Source: Chiloscyllium plagiosum (lineage: Eukaryota). From it: a stretch of DNA of 22,313 bases. Position numbers and translations under genes: made by a program. Positions 9,733 to 20,917 of this stretch are shown here, in pieces; position 1 is the stretch's first letter, and every line of letters starts with the position of its first letter. The notes beneath the pieces were generated by a model. The model saw nothing but the letters and a program-made list of their open reading frames with translations. It had not been told where the DNA came from and did no database searches. The stretch lies in NCBI RefSeq assembly GCF_004010195.1, contig NC_057719.1:40747273-40769585 (forward strand), in the 5' to 3' direction.

Positions 9733-10746
9733 TCTGGATAGAGGGTTGTTATGTTGACTGAGGGCCTATGACCGTTGGTATGCCACGAGAGTCCACTGTT
9801 GTTTGTCATTTATATCAACAATTTGTATGAAAATATAGGATGTATGGTTAGTAAGTTTGTGAATAACATAAAAATTGGTGGTATAGTAGACTATGAAGAA
9901 GGTTATCTAAGAGTAAAACGAGATCTTGATCAGACGGGCCAATGGGCGAAGAACTGGCAGATGGGGTTTATTTTAAATAAATGCGAGGTATTGCATTTTG
10001 GTAAGGCAAACCAGGGTAGCACTTACACAATTAATAATGGGGCCCTGGGGAGTGTTGTTGAACAGAGAGACTCAAGGGTGCAGTTTCATATTTCCTTGAA
10101 AGTTGAGTTGCAGGTACACAGGGTGGTGAAGAAGGCATTTGGCATGCTTGCCTTCATTGGTCAGTGCATTCAGTTTAGAAGTTAGGACATCATGTTATGG
10201 TTGTACAAGACATTGGTAAGGCTACTTTTAGAATACTGTGTACAATTATGATCACCCTGCTATAGGAAGGATGTTGTTAAACTAGAAAGGGTACAGAAAA
10301 AATTGACAAGGGTGTTGCTGGGACTGGAGGATTTGAGTTATAGGGAGAGGCTGAATAGGCTGGGGCTATTTTCCCTGAAGTATTGGAGGCTTGGGGTGAC
10401 ATTTTAGAGGTTTATTCAATCATGAGCGGCATGGATAAAGTGAATAGCCAAGGTCTTTTTCCAAGGTTGGGGAATCCAAATCTATAGGATATCGGTTTAA
10501 GATGAGAGGAGAAAAATTTAAAAGGGACCTGAGGGGCAACCTTTTTACACAGAGGATGGTGCTTATGTAGAATGATCTGCCAGAGGAAGTAGTAGAGATT
10601 ATAACATCTAAAATACAAGTACATTAATAGGAAAGGTTTAGATGGATGTAGGCCAAACACAGGTAATGGACTACTTTAGTTTGGGAAACTTGGTCGACAT
10701 GGGCGAATGGGACTGAAGGGTCTGTTTCTGTGCTGAATAACTCCAC
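9733..10746 (+). mobile_element. 5'-truncated, decayed CR1 LINE (C-terminal half of reverse transcriptase plus 3' UTR)
   Basis: ORF 9775..10185 has PLLFVIYINNL, SKFVNNIKIGG (decayed FADD motif), KCEVLHFG and VVKKAFGMLAFI; continues LYKTLVR..LEYCVQL*SPCYRKDVVKLERVQ; collinear with the minus-strand CR1 at 20918-22146; CR1 tail at 10700-10746. Confidence 0.95.
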
Positions 10747-11189
10747 AGCTAGTCATTTCCTAAAGAAATAAAGTGCTGATAATTGTTTTGGATTTAGTTG
10801 CTTTAGGGACAGGAGGCCTTTCTCAGCTTGTAGTTTAAGTGTGAGAGCTTAAGTCAAGGTTATCAGTGTCAATGATACCAGCAGTGGGTGACACAGTAAT
10901 GAATATTGTTGAGTGAGACATACTAATATACAATTTGTAAACTTGAATGATACTGTATAATAACAGGTTATTTAATATACTTCCTACCAGTAGAACCACT
11001 TCAGGTTCTTGCCAACTCTCCCATCAAAATCAGCTCAGTTCAGTCAGAGTCTAGAATTTTACTTTTTGAAACTTAGAAACAAAGGGCTCAAAACAGAGCT
11101 AGTCAATCTGGTCCCTGCCAGCTCCTTGTTCAAGAAATCTAAAATTATTACCATTATCCTCACTCACCCCTCTTCTTCAAATACTTCTC

Positions 11190-11480
11190 CAATATTCCAT
11201 GAAAGATATAACTTTGCCTAAACAATGTCTGTGATAAAGTCTTCAATGCTGCAGCAAATCTTTTCTTAGGAGAGGTGTCCCAATCTCCCCTATCACTCAG
11301 AAGGACAATGTAAAAATGATAATTGATTCTCAACCTTTGCTAATCCTTTGCTACTCAGTCCATTGATTCTTTCAAAACCATTCACTGTATCAAAAACCTC
11401 ATCAAAAAGCTTCCCTCTCCCCTACTACAGTGGAAATAATCACCATGACCACTCGTCTCCATCTCTGGCATTAGCCTGGT
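11190..11480 (-). mobile_element. Possible very old CR1 3' fragment
   Basis: Patchy similarity (AAAAACCTCATCAAAAAGCTTCCCTCTCCCCTACTACAGTGGAAATAA) to the plus-strand reading of the CR1 end at ~21190-21250; too decayed to translate. Confidence 0.3.
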
Positions 11481-12562
11481 GTTTCTGCATTCTATGATCT
11501 CCATGGTTTGGAAACCTGTGTGCAGTAGCCAGCATGACACACAATGCTCTGATTGTGATTTGTGCTTCAATTATTCTTCAGACAGCAATTTCCTTTATTA
11601 TACAGTATGCCCATTGCTGCTATTAATGACAATTACCAGATTTGGAAAAAACTGGGAAGGAAATCCTGCTCCCAATGACCTTCTGTCAGGCCTAGTGGAA
11701 AAAAAAACTGGAATAATGTATTTTAGGTCAGTTGAGTAAGATATTTGCAGCCTGGATTGCTCATGCTGTGATCTGGACATCATCAAAGTGAAGTAATTTG
11801 AAACAGATTTGAAATGTTATAATGTTTGGCAGGAAGGAAAGTGCGTGAAGAAGAAAAGCATGCAGAAGTTATGTGCATTGCAGACTAATTCTAAACTTGT
11901 TTCATCTGTTCATTGCCAGTTTTCAACTTTGAGAAATATGTAGAATTTCAGCAGGAATACTAAACATTTATCTGTTTAAATTGTAACCAAATAATATATT
12001 TAATAATCTTTTGTTTAATGTTGTGGCTAAATGTTGCATGGATGATTACAAGCATAACATGAAATAAGCCAGTTGTCCTTTTCTACTATTATCTGTATCA
12101 CAGGTAAACAGTGAGATGGAACTCAAAGTGGCTCTAACCCCACAATGATTTTCTAACCAAACATTGCTGGGATATAACACTGTGTACCAGCTGCCTGTTA
12201 GAGAAATCGTGTAACTTTAATTTCCAATATTTCAATTGAACTTAATCTTTTAATGTCAATAATAGACATTCTAATTCACATAACCACAATTCAGTACAGG
12301 CAGGGTGAAAATCTACTCCTTTATATTCTCTTTCAATTAAAATTTGTCAATGCACATCAGTGAAAACATAAACATTCAGCTATATTGTCACTTTTCTTGG
12401 TCAGAATTGCTCTAATACAATATGAACAAGAAAAGCAATGGTATTTGGATGTTTTAGGGACATAAACTAGAGCACTTTTAGAACTTAGAAAAAAATTATT
12501 TAAGTAATCTGTGGAGTTTGCAATCTCCTAGATTTTTGCTTGGTGCCAATGTTCAATAATAT

Positions 12563-12685
12563 GCTTCTGAGGAAGGGTCACTCGACGTGAAATGTTAACT
12601 CTGATTTCTCTCTTTGCAGATACTGTCAGACCTGCTGAGCTTTTCCAGTAATTTCTGTTTTTGTTTCAACAATCTGCTGCTATCT
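12563..12685 (+). mobile_element. Isolated Penelope-like 3' tail of a second subfamily, with decayed hammerhead motif
   Basis: TCTGAGGAAGGGTCACTCGACGTGAAATGTTAACTCT...CAGATACTGTCAGACCTGCTGAGCTTTTCCAG parallels 1368-1441 (CTGATGAAGGG...GAAACGTC...GATGCTGCCTGGCCTGCTGTGCTTTTCCA). Confidence 0.75.
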
Positions 12686-13403
12686 ATCAACCATTCTTTA
12701 GTTTTGGACAAGATTGAAATGTGAAGCATTGGTACAGTTGAGAAATTGATTATGGCAATAATTATAGGTTTTGTAATCATTTTTAGGTCTCACTTCACTC
12801 ATATGCCATTTTTCCTGCTTGATTTGTTTTGTGATATATCATAGTTGAGATCTCCATTGACAACATTTCCCTTATCACTTTGTCTCATTAAATTAACACT
12901 ACAGAATGTGTGACAGTTGATTGGTTCAAACATATGCTCCGTTATGTAAATTGTAAGAAATACCATATGTTTTGTGCGTCAAAATCTCTAGTTCTTCCAG
13001 TATACTCCAACTTTGGGATAAGTTTGAATTTCTGATCCCAAATCATGAGTTCAGAATTGGGAAATAGCTGACTCTGTAGGATCCAGCTTGGGAGAATGTG
13101 ACCCCTACGATCTAATTCGAGATGCAAAAAGAATGGTAAAAACCCATTGACTACATTTAACCTACTCCTTTAAAACTTGATCCTGCATAAAAACATATAT
13201 TTGTGTTCATAGCTCCACTTCAAAGATTTCAGAGGCACTTTGAGTTATCAATCAAACTGTAATATAATAGGCACTCCCTGGTGATAATGATATGAAATCA
13301 GACATGCTGCACAAATCTTTTAAAGATAGCCTGCAGGCTTATTTCTGCAGACAGAGTAGCAACCCCTGCCTTCTTTTTATACTGTAGACAGTCTACAGCC
13401 TAC

Positions 13404-13714
13404 AGGGTGGCATGATAGCTCAGTGGTTAGCACTGCTGCCTCACAGCGCCAGGGACCCGGGTTTGATTCCTGCCTCAGGCGACTGTCTGTGTGGAGTTTG
13501 CACATTCTCCCCATGTCTGCATGGGTTTCCTCCGGGTGCTCCAGTTTCCTCCCAGAATCCAAAAATGTGCTGTTCAGGTGAATTGGCCGTACTAAATCGC
13601 CCATAGTGTTATGTACATTAGTCAGGGGTAAATATAGGGTGGGTAACTCTTTGGTGGGTCGGTGTGGATTTGTTGGGCCAAAGGGCCTGTTTCCATACTG
13701 TAGGGAATCTAATC
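13404..13714 (+). mobile_element. HE1-type V-SINE with a shorter pre-tail segment
   Basis: A-box TAGCTCAGTGG, B-box-like GGTTTGATTCC, V-domain-like core, tail TTGGGCCAAAGGGCCTGTTTCCATACTGTAGGGAATCTAATC; aligns with 8494-8848. Confidence 0.92.
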
Positions 13715-13765
13715 AGTTTATTTCAACAATTTAAGGGTCAGGAGATTTATGAAATATTTCACCAC

Positions 13766-13931
13766 TCATTCTGTGTCAAAATCCTGTAATTCCATTCTGA
13801 CCAACATTCTCTGTGCAGAAAATGGATGATAGTGGTTCAAGAAGGCAGCTTCACAACAGCAACCAGGAATAGGTAAGAAATGCTGGCCCAGGCAGTAAAG
13901 CCTACATTCCGTGATTGAATAATGAAAAAAA
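13766..13931 (+). mobile_element. LINE 3' end fragment (CR1/L2-group)
   Basis: GTCAAAATCCTGTAATTCC...GTGGTTCAAGAAGGCAGCT...AAATGCTGGCCCAG...ACATTCCGTGATTGAATAATGAAAAAAA; resembles a common shark LINE terminus recalled from memory and the 6659-6823 copy. Confidence 0.65.
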
Positions 13932-15048
13932 TTGTCATGATCCCTATGTATGAAGTGACCCAGTAGGAACATACAAATCAAAGGATATCCCTGAGTGAAA
14001 TCATGAAGAGTTGAAGTGGGTTCAGAATTGTTCTGTGGTTAGTTGTGATACTGTGCTGAAGCTGGTTGTTTGCTGGTGTTTGGATGAAGGTTGGAAGGCA
14101 AAACTGTCGATGGAGTATTTAAGGATGTAAGGGTCATTAAAATGAAACCTGGAGAAACAAGCAGCAAGCTACACCTGCCACTCCATGAACTGTTCACATC
14201 TAGTTTCTTGAGAGAAGAGAGGAGAGTTGCAAACTGATAGAAATGAGGCAAGTTGAGATTTTAATGAGATGTAAAGACTCTCACTTTTGAAACCTTAAAA
14301 GGAAAAAAATGGCATTGCTGCAGGTTACTCTGAGCATTTTGGACCAAGGTGTCTATTACACACCTGCAGGCCAGTGGGGGCTGTCTGGTCCAGTGTTAAA
14401 TAAAACCTGCCGCTGAAATTTAGAACTGCACTAAACCCCTTCATAGTCAGTTGCCAGAAGTGCTGACCCATTGGCAGATTGAGTCTGTGGGTTTTTTGGA
14501 TGTGCTGTACTTTTATATGAAACTGTCTCCTTATCTGTATCATTGACAGCCGACAGACTTTGTTTTCTAGATCACGTTCACCCCCCAGTAATCATTGTTC
14601 TTTCTGAAATTGTGATGGAAATCTGTAATAATTTGTTTTGGTCAGAATGATTCAATGCTCTCTGAATACAGTCTGCAAGCCTCTGTGCATTTAGGAAAGA
14701 AAAGATGTAACCGAGAGAGATAAATTATTCAGATTAGACAATTGAATGAGCTGTTTTATAAAATTTGTGCACTGAGCTTACAATGTATTGCAATACATGG
14801 TGAGCCTCATACTACAGTCCCGCTCTAACCACCAACTCATTGTATTGAGGCATAAAGCAGTTTATCCTAACAATTTATCAGAATACTTGATACTGCTTTC
14901 CGTTTCCTATATCCTGGAAGAGAAGAGTTGTAGATAAACTAGCTGTATAGAAAACTAGACATCTGCCTCTGCTATCTTTCTACACATATATATGTATTAA
15001 ACAGGCAATAGCATATTGCTGCAAATTACTTATGATAGATAAGCAAAG

Positions 15049-15085
15049 ATTTCTAAAGCTTGAATTTCATTTCTAAAGCTTGAAT
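15049..15085. repeat. Direct duplication of a 17-bp sequence (period 20)
   Basis: ATTTCTAAAGCTTGAAT occurs at 15049-15065 and 15069-15085, separated by TTC. Confidence 0.9.
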
Positions 15086-15189
15086 CGTAATACTTAACAT
15101 ATACACATTGAGTCTGATTTTTCATGCACAAGTTTTTATTTTTTTGCAAAACTCAGTCATTGAATAGTAGCAACATATACACAGTTTCA

Positions 15190-15490
15190 GGGTGGAAAGT
15201 CCCAGGCTTGATTTTTGGTCTGTGCTGACTTGGTGAGAGATAGGGGAATAGTACAATGTTACAATTGACCTCATTGTTCTGGGCGAGAAAGAAACAAAAC
15301 CATCAGGTTTTATGCCTCTAATTCGGATCTACCGATCACTGCTGGAATATGGACACTGGATGAAAAGAGAATTGGATGTGTTGTGGGGACCTCTCAGTGT
15401 TCACCATCTCTGCTCACATCAAAAGGATGCCTGCTTGAGAACCTTGCATTTTTGTGGCATATTCCCAACTGATTCCACATATTCAGGTTG
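15190..15490 (+). mobile_element. Ancient decayed tRNA-derived SINE (family not assigned)
   Basis: AGTCCCAGGCTTGATTTTTGGTCTGTGCTGA (B-box-like arm), TACAATTGACCTCA and CACTGCTGGAA occur in the order I recall for an old chondrichthyan SINE; recognition from memory only. Confidence 0.4.
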
Positions 15491-15860
15491 GAACAAGCAA
15501 GGAATGGGCTAGATCACCAAAAGACTGAATCTTATCAGAAATTGGCAAAGTGTCTTTTGCACTGAGTTTTATGGAAGGTTTCTCTCTGTAAGGCCTAGCG
15601 AGTTTACTTACCCTATCATCCCAAACTTGCTTTATTAATATTTACCATCCCGCTTTTGAGCCCCACATGTCTGATGCTTGCCCGATCCTCCCACTTTCTG
15701 AGGGTAGAAGTACTTGCAATTGCTGGGATATCCTGAGATCCTTGTCACCAGCTATTTTATGTATAAATATATTGCTCTGGCAATATACTTAAAAGGCCAT
15801 TGGGTGTCTACGCACAGGTGTCTGGAGCTGTCTGCAAGATTTAAGGTATTTGCCGTGGAC

Positions 15861-16088
15861 ATGACAGACAGGGGAAATGATAGACAGAGCACCCCACTTT
15901 ATGGACAGGAACCAAAGGTCCTGGTGGATGGCGGGACAGAGCTCATGTTCCCTAGGACTGGCACAGGAGACCATAACACCAGACCATGCCAGCCTGACCC
16001 AACGTTATCAACCAGGTCAGCGTGGTCTCAACTGTCCCGAGGAACACCCAACAGGAATAGGGTCAATGACCTTCTAGACTCTGCCAGA
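15861..16088 (+). pseudogene. Exon 1 of a decayed Myb/SANT-like (Harbinger accessory protein) gene
   Basis: Across frameshifts: RAPHFMDRNQ/KVLVDG..ELMFPR/HRRP*HQTMPA*PNVINQVSVVSTVPRNTQQ/NRVNDLLDSAR, matching APRF....L.VLVD.V....LFP...W..VA..VSA.S...R..QQC.KR.NDL; followed by GGAAGA (probable mutated GTAAGA donor) at 16089. Confidence 0.75.
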
Positions 16089-16355
16089 GGAAGAGCAATC
16101 ATCTTCTTACTGTCTCACCACATTCACTTTGTTTCTGCTACTGCACCTATATCCTACCAAGGCTCATACTCTACCACTCACAGTATTGCTTGCGTCATCC
16201 CTCACTCACGCTTTCCTACCCAAACACTCCATGCTATAAACCCTGCATGGCGTCTCTACTACCTACTCTCTCACTCGGGACCCCTTGCCAGTTTTCCCCA
16301 ACCTGCATCAGTATTGCCACTATCTCACTCAATCCCTTCTTTTCTCTCATTCCAG

Positions 16356-16482
16356 AAGGAATAGGTCTAAAAGATCCTGGCATGGTGCTAGGTACTCAGT
16401 AGTCAACCTTTCAATCCATATGAGGAGAGAATCTTTGCCCTTGCCAATGTGGACAAGAACTGGTCCTGTGGAGGTGCAGAAA
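16356..16482 (+). pseudogene. Probable exon 2 of the same Myb/SANT-like gene
   Basis: Polypyrimidine tract plus CAG acceptor ends at 16355; the same phase-0 frame gives PFNPYEERIFALANVDKNWSCGGAE from 16407, resembling the LTPYEE..L segment that follows these domains; upstream codons contain stops. Confidence 0.55.
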
Positions 16483-19400
16483 CATCCATATCTTAGCAGT
16501 CAAATCAGAAACATTGTCTATTCCTGTGCTATTCTCCCATTACCACCACTGTGAAGGTATTTTCAACATGTCTGAGATTCTACACCACGCTCATGATGCT
16601 TTCTGTTCAGGGATGAATAGCATTTTTATGGCCTCAGCAATGAAGAGTGTGGTCTCACAAGGCATCCCTTCTTCTGCCTCTGAGGAAGAGAGCCTGGATG
16701 TCTTAAAAGATACATTGTCAAGGCTGCTCCTGTAAGCTCTACCAGCTCTGATACTGTCACCTTGATGGGTATATTTACCAGAGCATCTGCTGCTGAGCCC
16801 TTCACTGCCATGTCTCTGTAGCTGGCTGAGGAAGAAATGCCCCAAGTCATGGGCAGTTGGAGAACAGCCAGAGACCAGACAGCTGCTCAGTCCCAGGCAG
16901 GAGAGGACCCCATGGCGATGACAATTTGTCATTTCATCAGCTTGCACAGACATTCAGAGGAGCAGCAGGAGGGCTTTGTCATGGGACACTGGATAACCTG
17001 ACCCAGAGTCTGCAGCAACGCAGTTAGGATCCTGTTCCCTTAGGTATGCAATCGTCTAGTTGTCTCCATGGAGAGGTTGGCAGCTGCCATGGGCAGACAG
17101 CTCTGACAGTTTCACATGTGCTCAGGCCAGCACTCCATTGCTCCAACCCAAATGGCAAGGCAATAGAGGGAAAAGGGACTCTGAGCTCACTCCAGGTGCT
17201 CATTCCTCACAAAGTAACAGAGTGGTAGAAGTGGGTACTCAACAGAATAGAAACTACTCTTTGGTTTCCTCAGGAGTCTCCACTCAGGACACTTCAGAGG
17301 TAGTTGGCCCTTCCATCTCCACCCTGTTCTCCACTCTTAGCCCTATCCTGGGTCAAGCTATGAAATGTGCACTTGCCTCTGGGTAGGACACAGTCAGCAT
17401 GTCAGGGCCTTGAGACACAAACACATAGCGGGTTATCCAATCAAACACAAGGGCCAACAGACTCCACGGTAGGACAGACTACCTCCACCTAGCTGTGGAA
17501 CCTGGGACTGTACTGAGTCATATGGCTGAGGAAGAAAGAAGGGCTGTTATAAGCTGGCATGGGTGACAATTAATTTTACATTAGCTTTCTCATATTAAAT
17601 ATATGTTTCCTTTCTTTCATCAGCCGTATGAGCTGATGTCTGTCTAGTTGCAGCTATGACACTGAAGGTACAGAGCCTATCCATTCTTTGTGCTATACAA
17701 CATCCTATTGTCCAAGGTGTTAAGAGAACACCTCTTGCTCTGTGTGCAGGCTATAGAAAGTTGAAAGGTAATTGTTACTTTTGCAAGTGAATGTTTCAGA
17801 TTGTAAAACATTGCTTGTGTATCACAGACATTAGTAGGATAGATTTGTAATATTGCACATTGTGGTCAAGAGGGCTTGGGGTTAGGATTCAATGCCTTCG
17901 GTTCACAAAATTCATATTGCTCACAGATATGATTCAGCGTTAGTGTATGGGTGTCTGTGAAATGCTTTACAGGGTTTCTTATTGAAGAAATTGAAGACCC
18001 TTGCCTTGCCCTTACTCCGTCCCTGAGTGTGGTGGCAGCCATTCTCAGCTTTTACAGTGGAAGGAAACAACAGTTGTTCCTCAATCAGTGAGTCTCAGCT
18101 CAGTCTCTTATCCTCAGTGAGCACACAAATGTACATATTTCCTTGTTGGTCACCCTTTTTGTCAATCCCCAGTCTTTGAGCTTCACCAAGAACTCTCCCA
18201 CTCTGTCCCTCTAAATTTTCATCACCCCACTTTACATACCCACCCCTGGCCAAACCCAGGCATATCAAGTAAACATGTCAGATATAGTACTCCAGTGTTG
18301 CCTGTGAAAATCATGGTGCTGTGGATTGTGGATGACACTTTATCTCATACTACCCCTTTACCTTCTATCGATCATATTTTGAGTTGCCAATCTCCCTTCA
18401 CAATGAGAATCCCCCCCGTTTCACAGCATGCTGCCTCTAATCCCCTCTAATTAAGTTCCAAGATGTCCTCCTGCAGCACTGACCCCTGATAAACCCCCCC
18501 ATTGGCTATTAATTGATGGACCTCTGGGACTGAACATGGCCCATCTCCTTGAGCAACTTAAAAAGAAAAGCCCTGAATAATAGTGACCAGACATCTGAGT
18601 GACACTGTACAGTTCCTCGAATGTCTTTCTACGACTCTCCAGACTTGTTACATTGGAGCGAAGGGGCTGAACATTGTCTGTTCCCAGATTGTACAGCTTT
18701 GGACCCCCTGACAGTGGCTGCTGCAAGTGATTGACTGACCATGTCCATGTCTGATATGGGAGGCTGCCGTTAACTAACAATGCTAATACCCCCGACTGAA
18801 GGAGATATCACTTGACTGAGGGTTACTACCGTTAGAGTTTAAGACATGGCCAGTCGGCTGATTCATGTATTTCCCGCATACGTGGCTGGCACTTGGTGCA
18901 GAAGATTGACGTACCGTGTGCTGGACAGCAGACTGCTGACTGCTGACAACCATGACAAACTGCCTGGTTTTGTGTCTATGCTAAACAGCAAGGCAAGACA
19001 GAAGTACTATGAGGTGTACAAAAACAAGGTGAGCCAAGGCGGGAATGTGAGCACTGAGCTAGGCACATTGGGAGTGAGCACTAAGCCAGCGAGGAAGGAG
19101 CTCTGTGATTCAACCGAGGCCAAACCATGAACTGGGTACCTGTCTCTGCATGCAAAGCGTCTTTGTAGCAGCATGGCATTCAAGGGTACTAGTGCTGTCC
19201 AAAGTGCGGCGTGGAAATGTAGAAGTGTAATATAAGTGGATTGGAGATGTGCCAGGATGATGTGGTGAGACTGGTACATGTTATTCAAATCACCACGGTG
19301 TCGGGTGGCCAAGATAGAGGACCAGAAGCCTAGAGTCACAAGATAACCACTCATACCCTCATTCAGCATTTAGTTTCCATGTTGCAAGTTGGGAAAATGG

Positions 19401-20917
19401 GAAACAGCATACTAGTGAGGTGAGGTGAGATGGTAATGAGGATCATACTGAGTGATAATCAAAGTAAATAGGCCTCTCACCACTCCGTAGTGAGAATCTC
19501 ATCTTGCTGTCCAATGTTTGATTGAAAATGGGACTTATTGGTTTTGGTACAAGTAGGCCCTTGCTGGATATCTCATTTGATTTTCCCAACTTTCCTGCCA
19601 TGGCCCACATCATTCTGGAACTGGGAAAGTTCCATCCAAAATGCTTGGATTAACTGTTGTTCACTTTTCCAAACTTAACAATAACAAATAACAGTCGTGA
19701 TCTGATTAGATGGATTATTCTGAAAGTGATACAGATGCTAAATGATTGGCCTGAAAGTTTTATTGTTCATTTTATTTGAATTTAACTGTTTTTACTGTGG
19801 AAATATATTCTAAAAACACCTCAAGTAACATCTCAAATAGCCAATTAGCATAATTAAATATTTTGAAGTAAATCCATGCTTTCATACAAGCTCATTGTAT
19901 TCAAATACTTGGTATCAGTAATGCCTTTTTAATGCAGTTTTTTGACTCATTTCAATGAAATATTCCATATGGTGCACTTCAGCATTGGAGACATTGATGT
20001 AAGGCTATTAATGCATCACAAACAAGAACTGAAACAAAAATCAATTTAAAAAAAATTGTTTATTAGATGTTGATAAATATGAAGGATGATCAAAAGGCTA
20101 ATGAGATCATGCAAGCAGTAGGGATAAACTCGTGACTTAAAACAGGTACTGCTTGAATTTCTTTTTGTTCTGTGTTTGGGGCATCATTCATTATTTTGTA
20201 CTGAAGAGAAGTGTAATTCTATGAAATAGCAGCCCACCTAGAAACTTGAATCTGATCAAATATACCATTTGTCAAAACAGATACAATCAGGCCCTGCCAT
20301 TATCCGTAGGAATGGAAGTCTGTTGAACTTATCAGACTGAAGTGGGAGGTCTGGTAGTTACCAGTGTAAGGGCAATATTATCTGCATGGAGGATTAGATA
20401 CCCCTGGGATGCGGGAGGGTTTATATGAGTGATGAACTAAACAAAGGATCAGACTGATCAGTAGAACCATTGTTCATCTACATCTGTGACTATGGCTTTC
20501 TCTCATGATTACTTGCAACATATTGATTAGAATGTGCCACTGAGAATGACCTGTACATCTTTGTAATATGGAGTTCCAAATGCACGACCTATGCAGCCAT
20601 TACTAACAGTATTAATTATAAGAAATATAAAACGATTATGGGATAAGTATCATTGATGCAGTGCTAAAATTTACTTATCTGCTGTAGTTTGACATATTTA
20701 GAGTTGTTTCAGCAAGGGTGAAATAGGAAATTCCACAAATTAGTACAGGTATTATTACTCTTAAGTTTGTTTATTTCACAGTACACATAGAAGATATTGG
20801 AAGTCTAGCAAAAGAAGAATTCAGTTCCTTTGAAAGAATCGGCTGTGCAGCAGGATCATGTCAGTGAGAAAATTAAAATGAACTTGGACTTCCAGGTCAT
20901 GTGGTGTTTTAGTTCCT

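Larger units (their letters stand above)
15560..19637 (+). mobile_element. Decayed PIF/Harbinger-like DNA transposon (~4 kb) carrying a Myb/SANT-like gene; no transposase recognised
   Basis: Block richer in GC than its AT-rich flanks; contains the Myb/SANT pseudogene below and repeated or inverted motifs near the right end. Both boundaries are approximate; no clean TIR pair seen. Confidence 0.55.

Noticed and set aside
12942..13127. 61-aa minus-strand ORF as a host exon
   Set aside because: No recognisable domain or convincing splice signals; length expected by chance.
13185..13320. Possible minus-strand Deu-SINE tail relic (similar hint at ~6240-6350 on plus)
   Set aside because: Similarity too patchy to support without a profile search.
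15714..16364. Longest ORF in the track (216 aa) as a functional gene
   Set aside because: It only transiently shares frame with the frameshifted Myb/SANT relic (KVLVDG, NRVNDLLDSAR) and then runs through the pyrimidine-rich intron; chance open frame.
17600..19400. Harbinger DDE transposase remnants, including ORFs 18451..18780, 18846..19130 and 19007..19369
   Set aside because: No IDGTH, GDxGYP or LHN-type motifs found in any frame by eye; not called, though extreme decay cannot be excluded.
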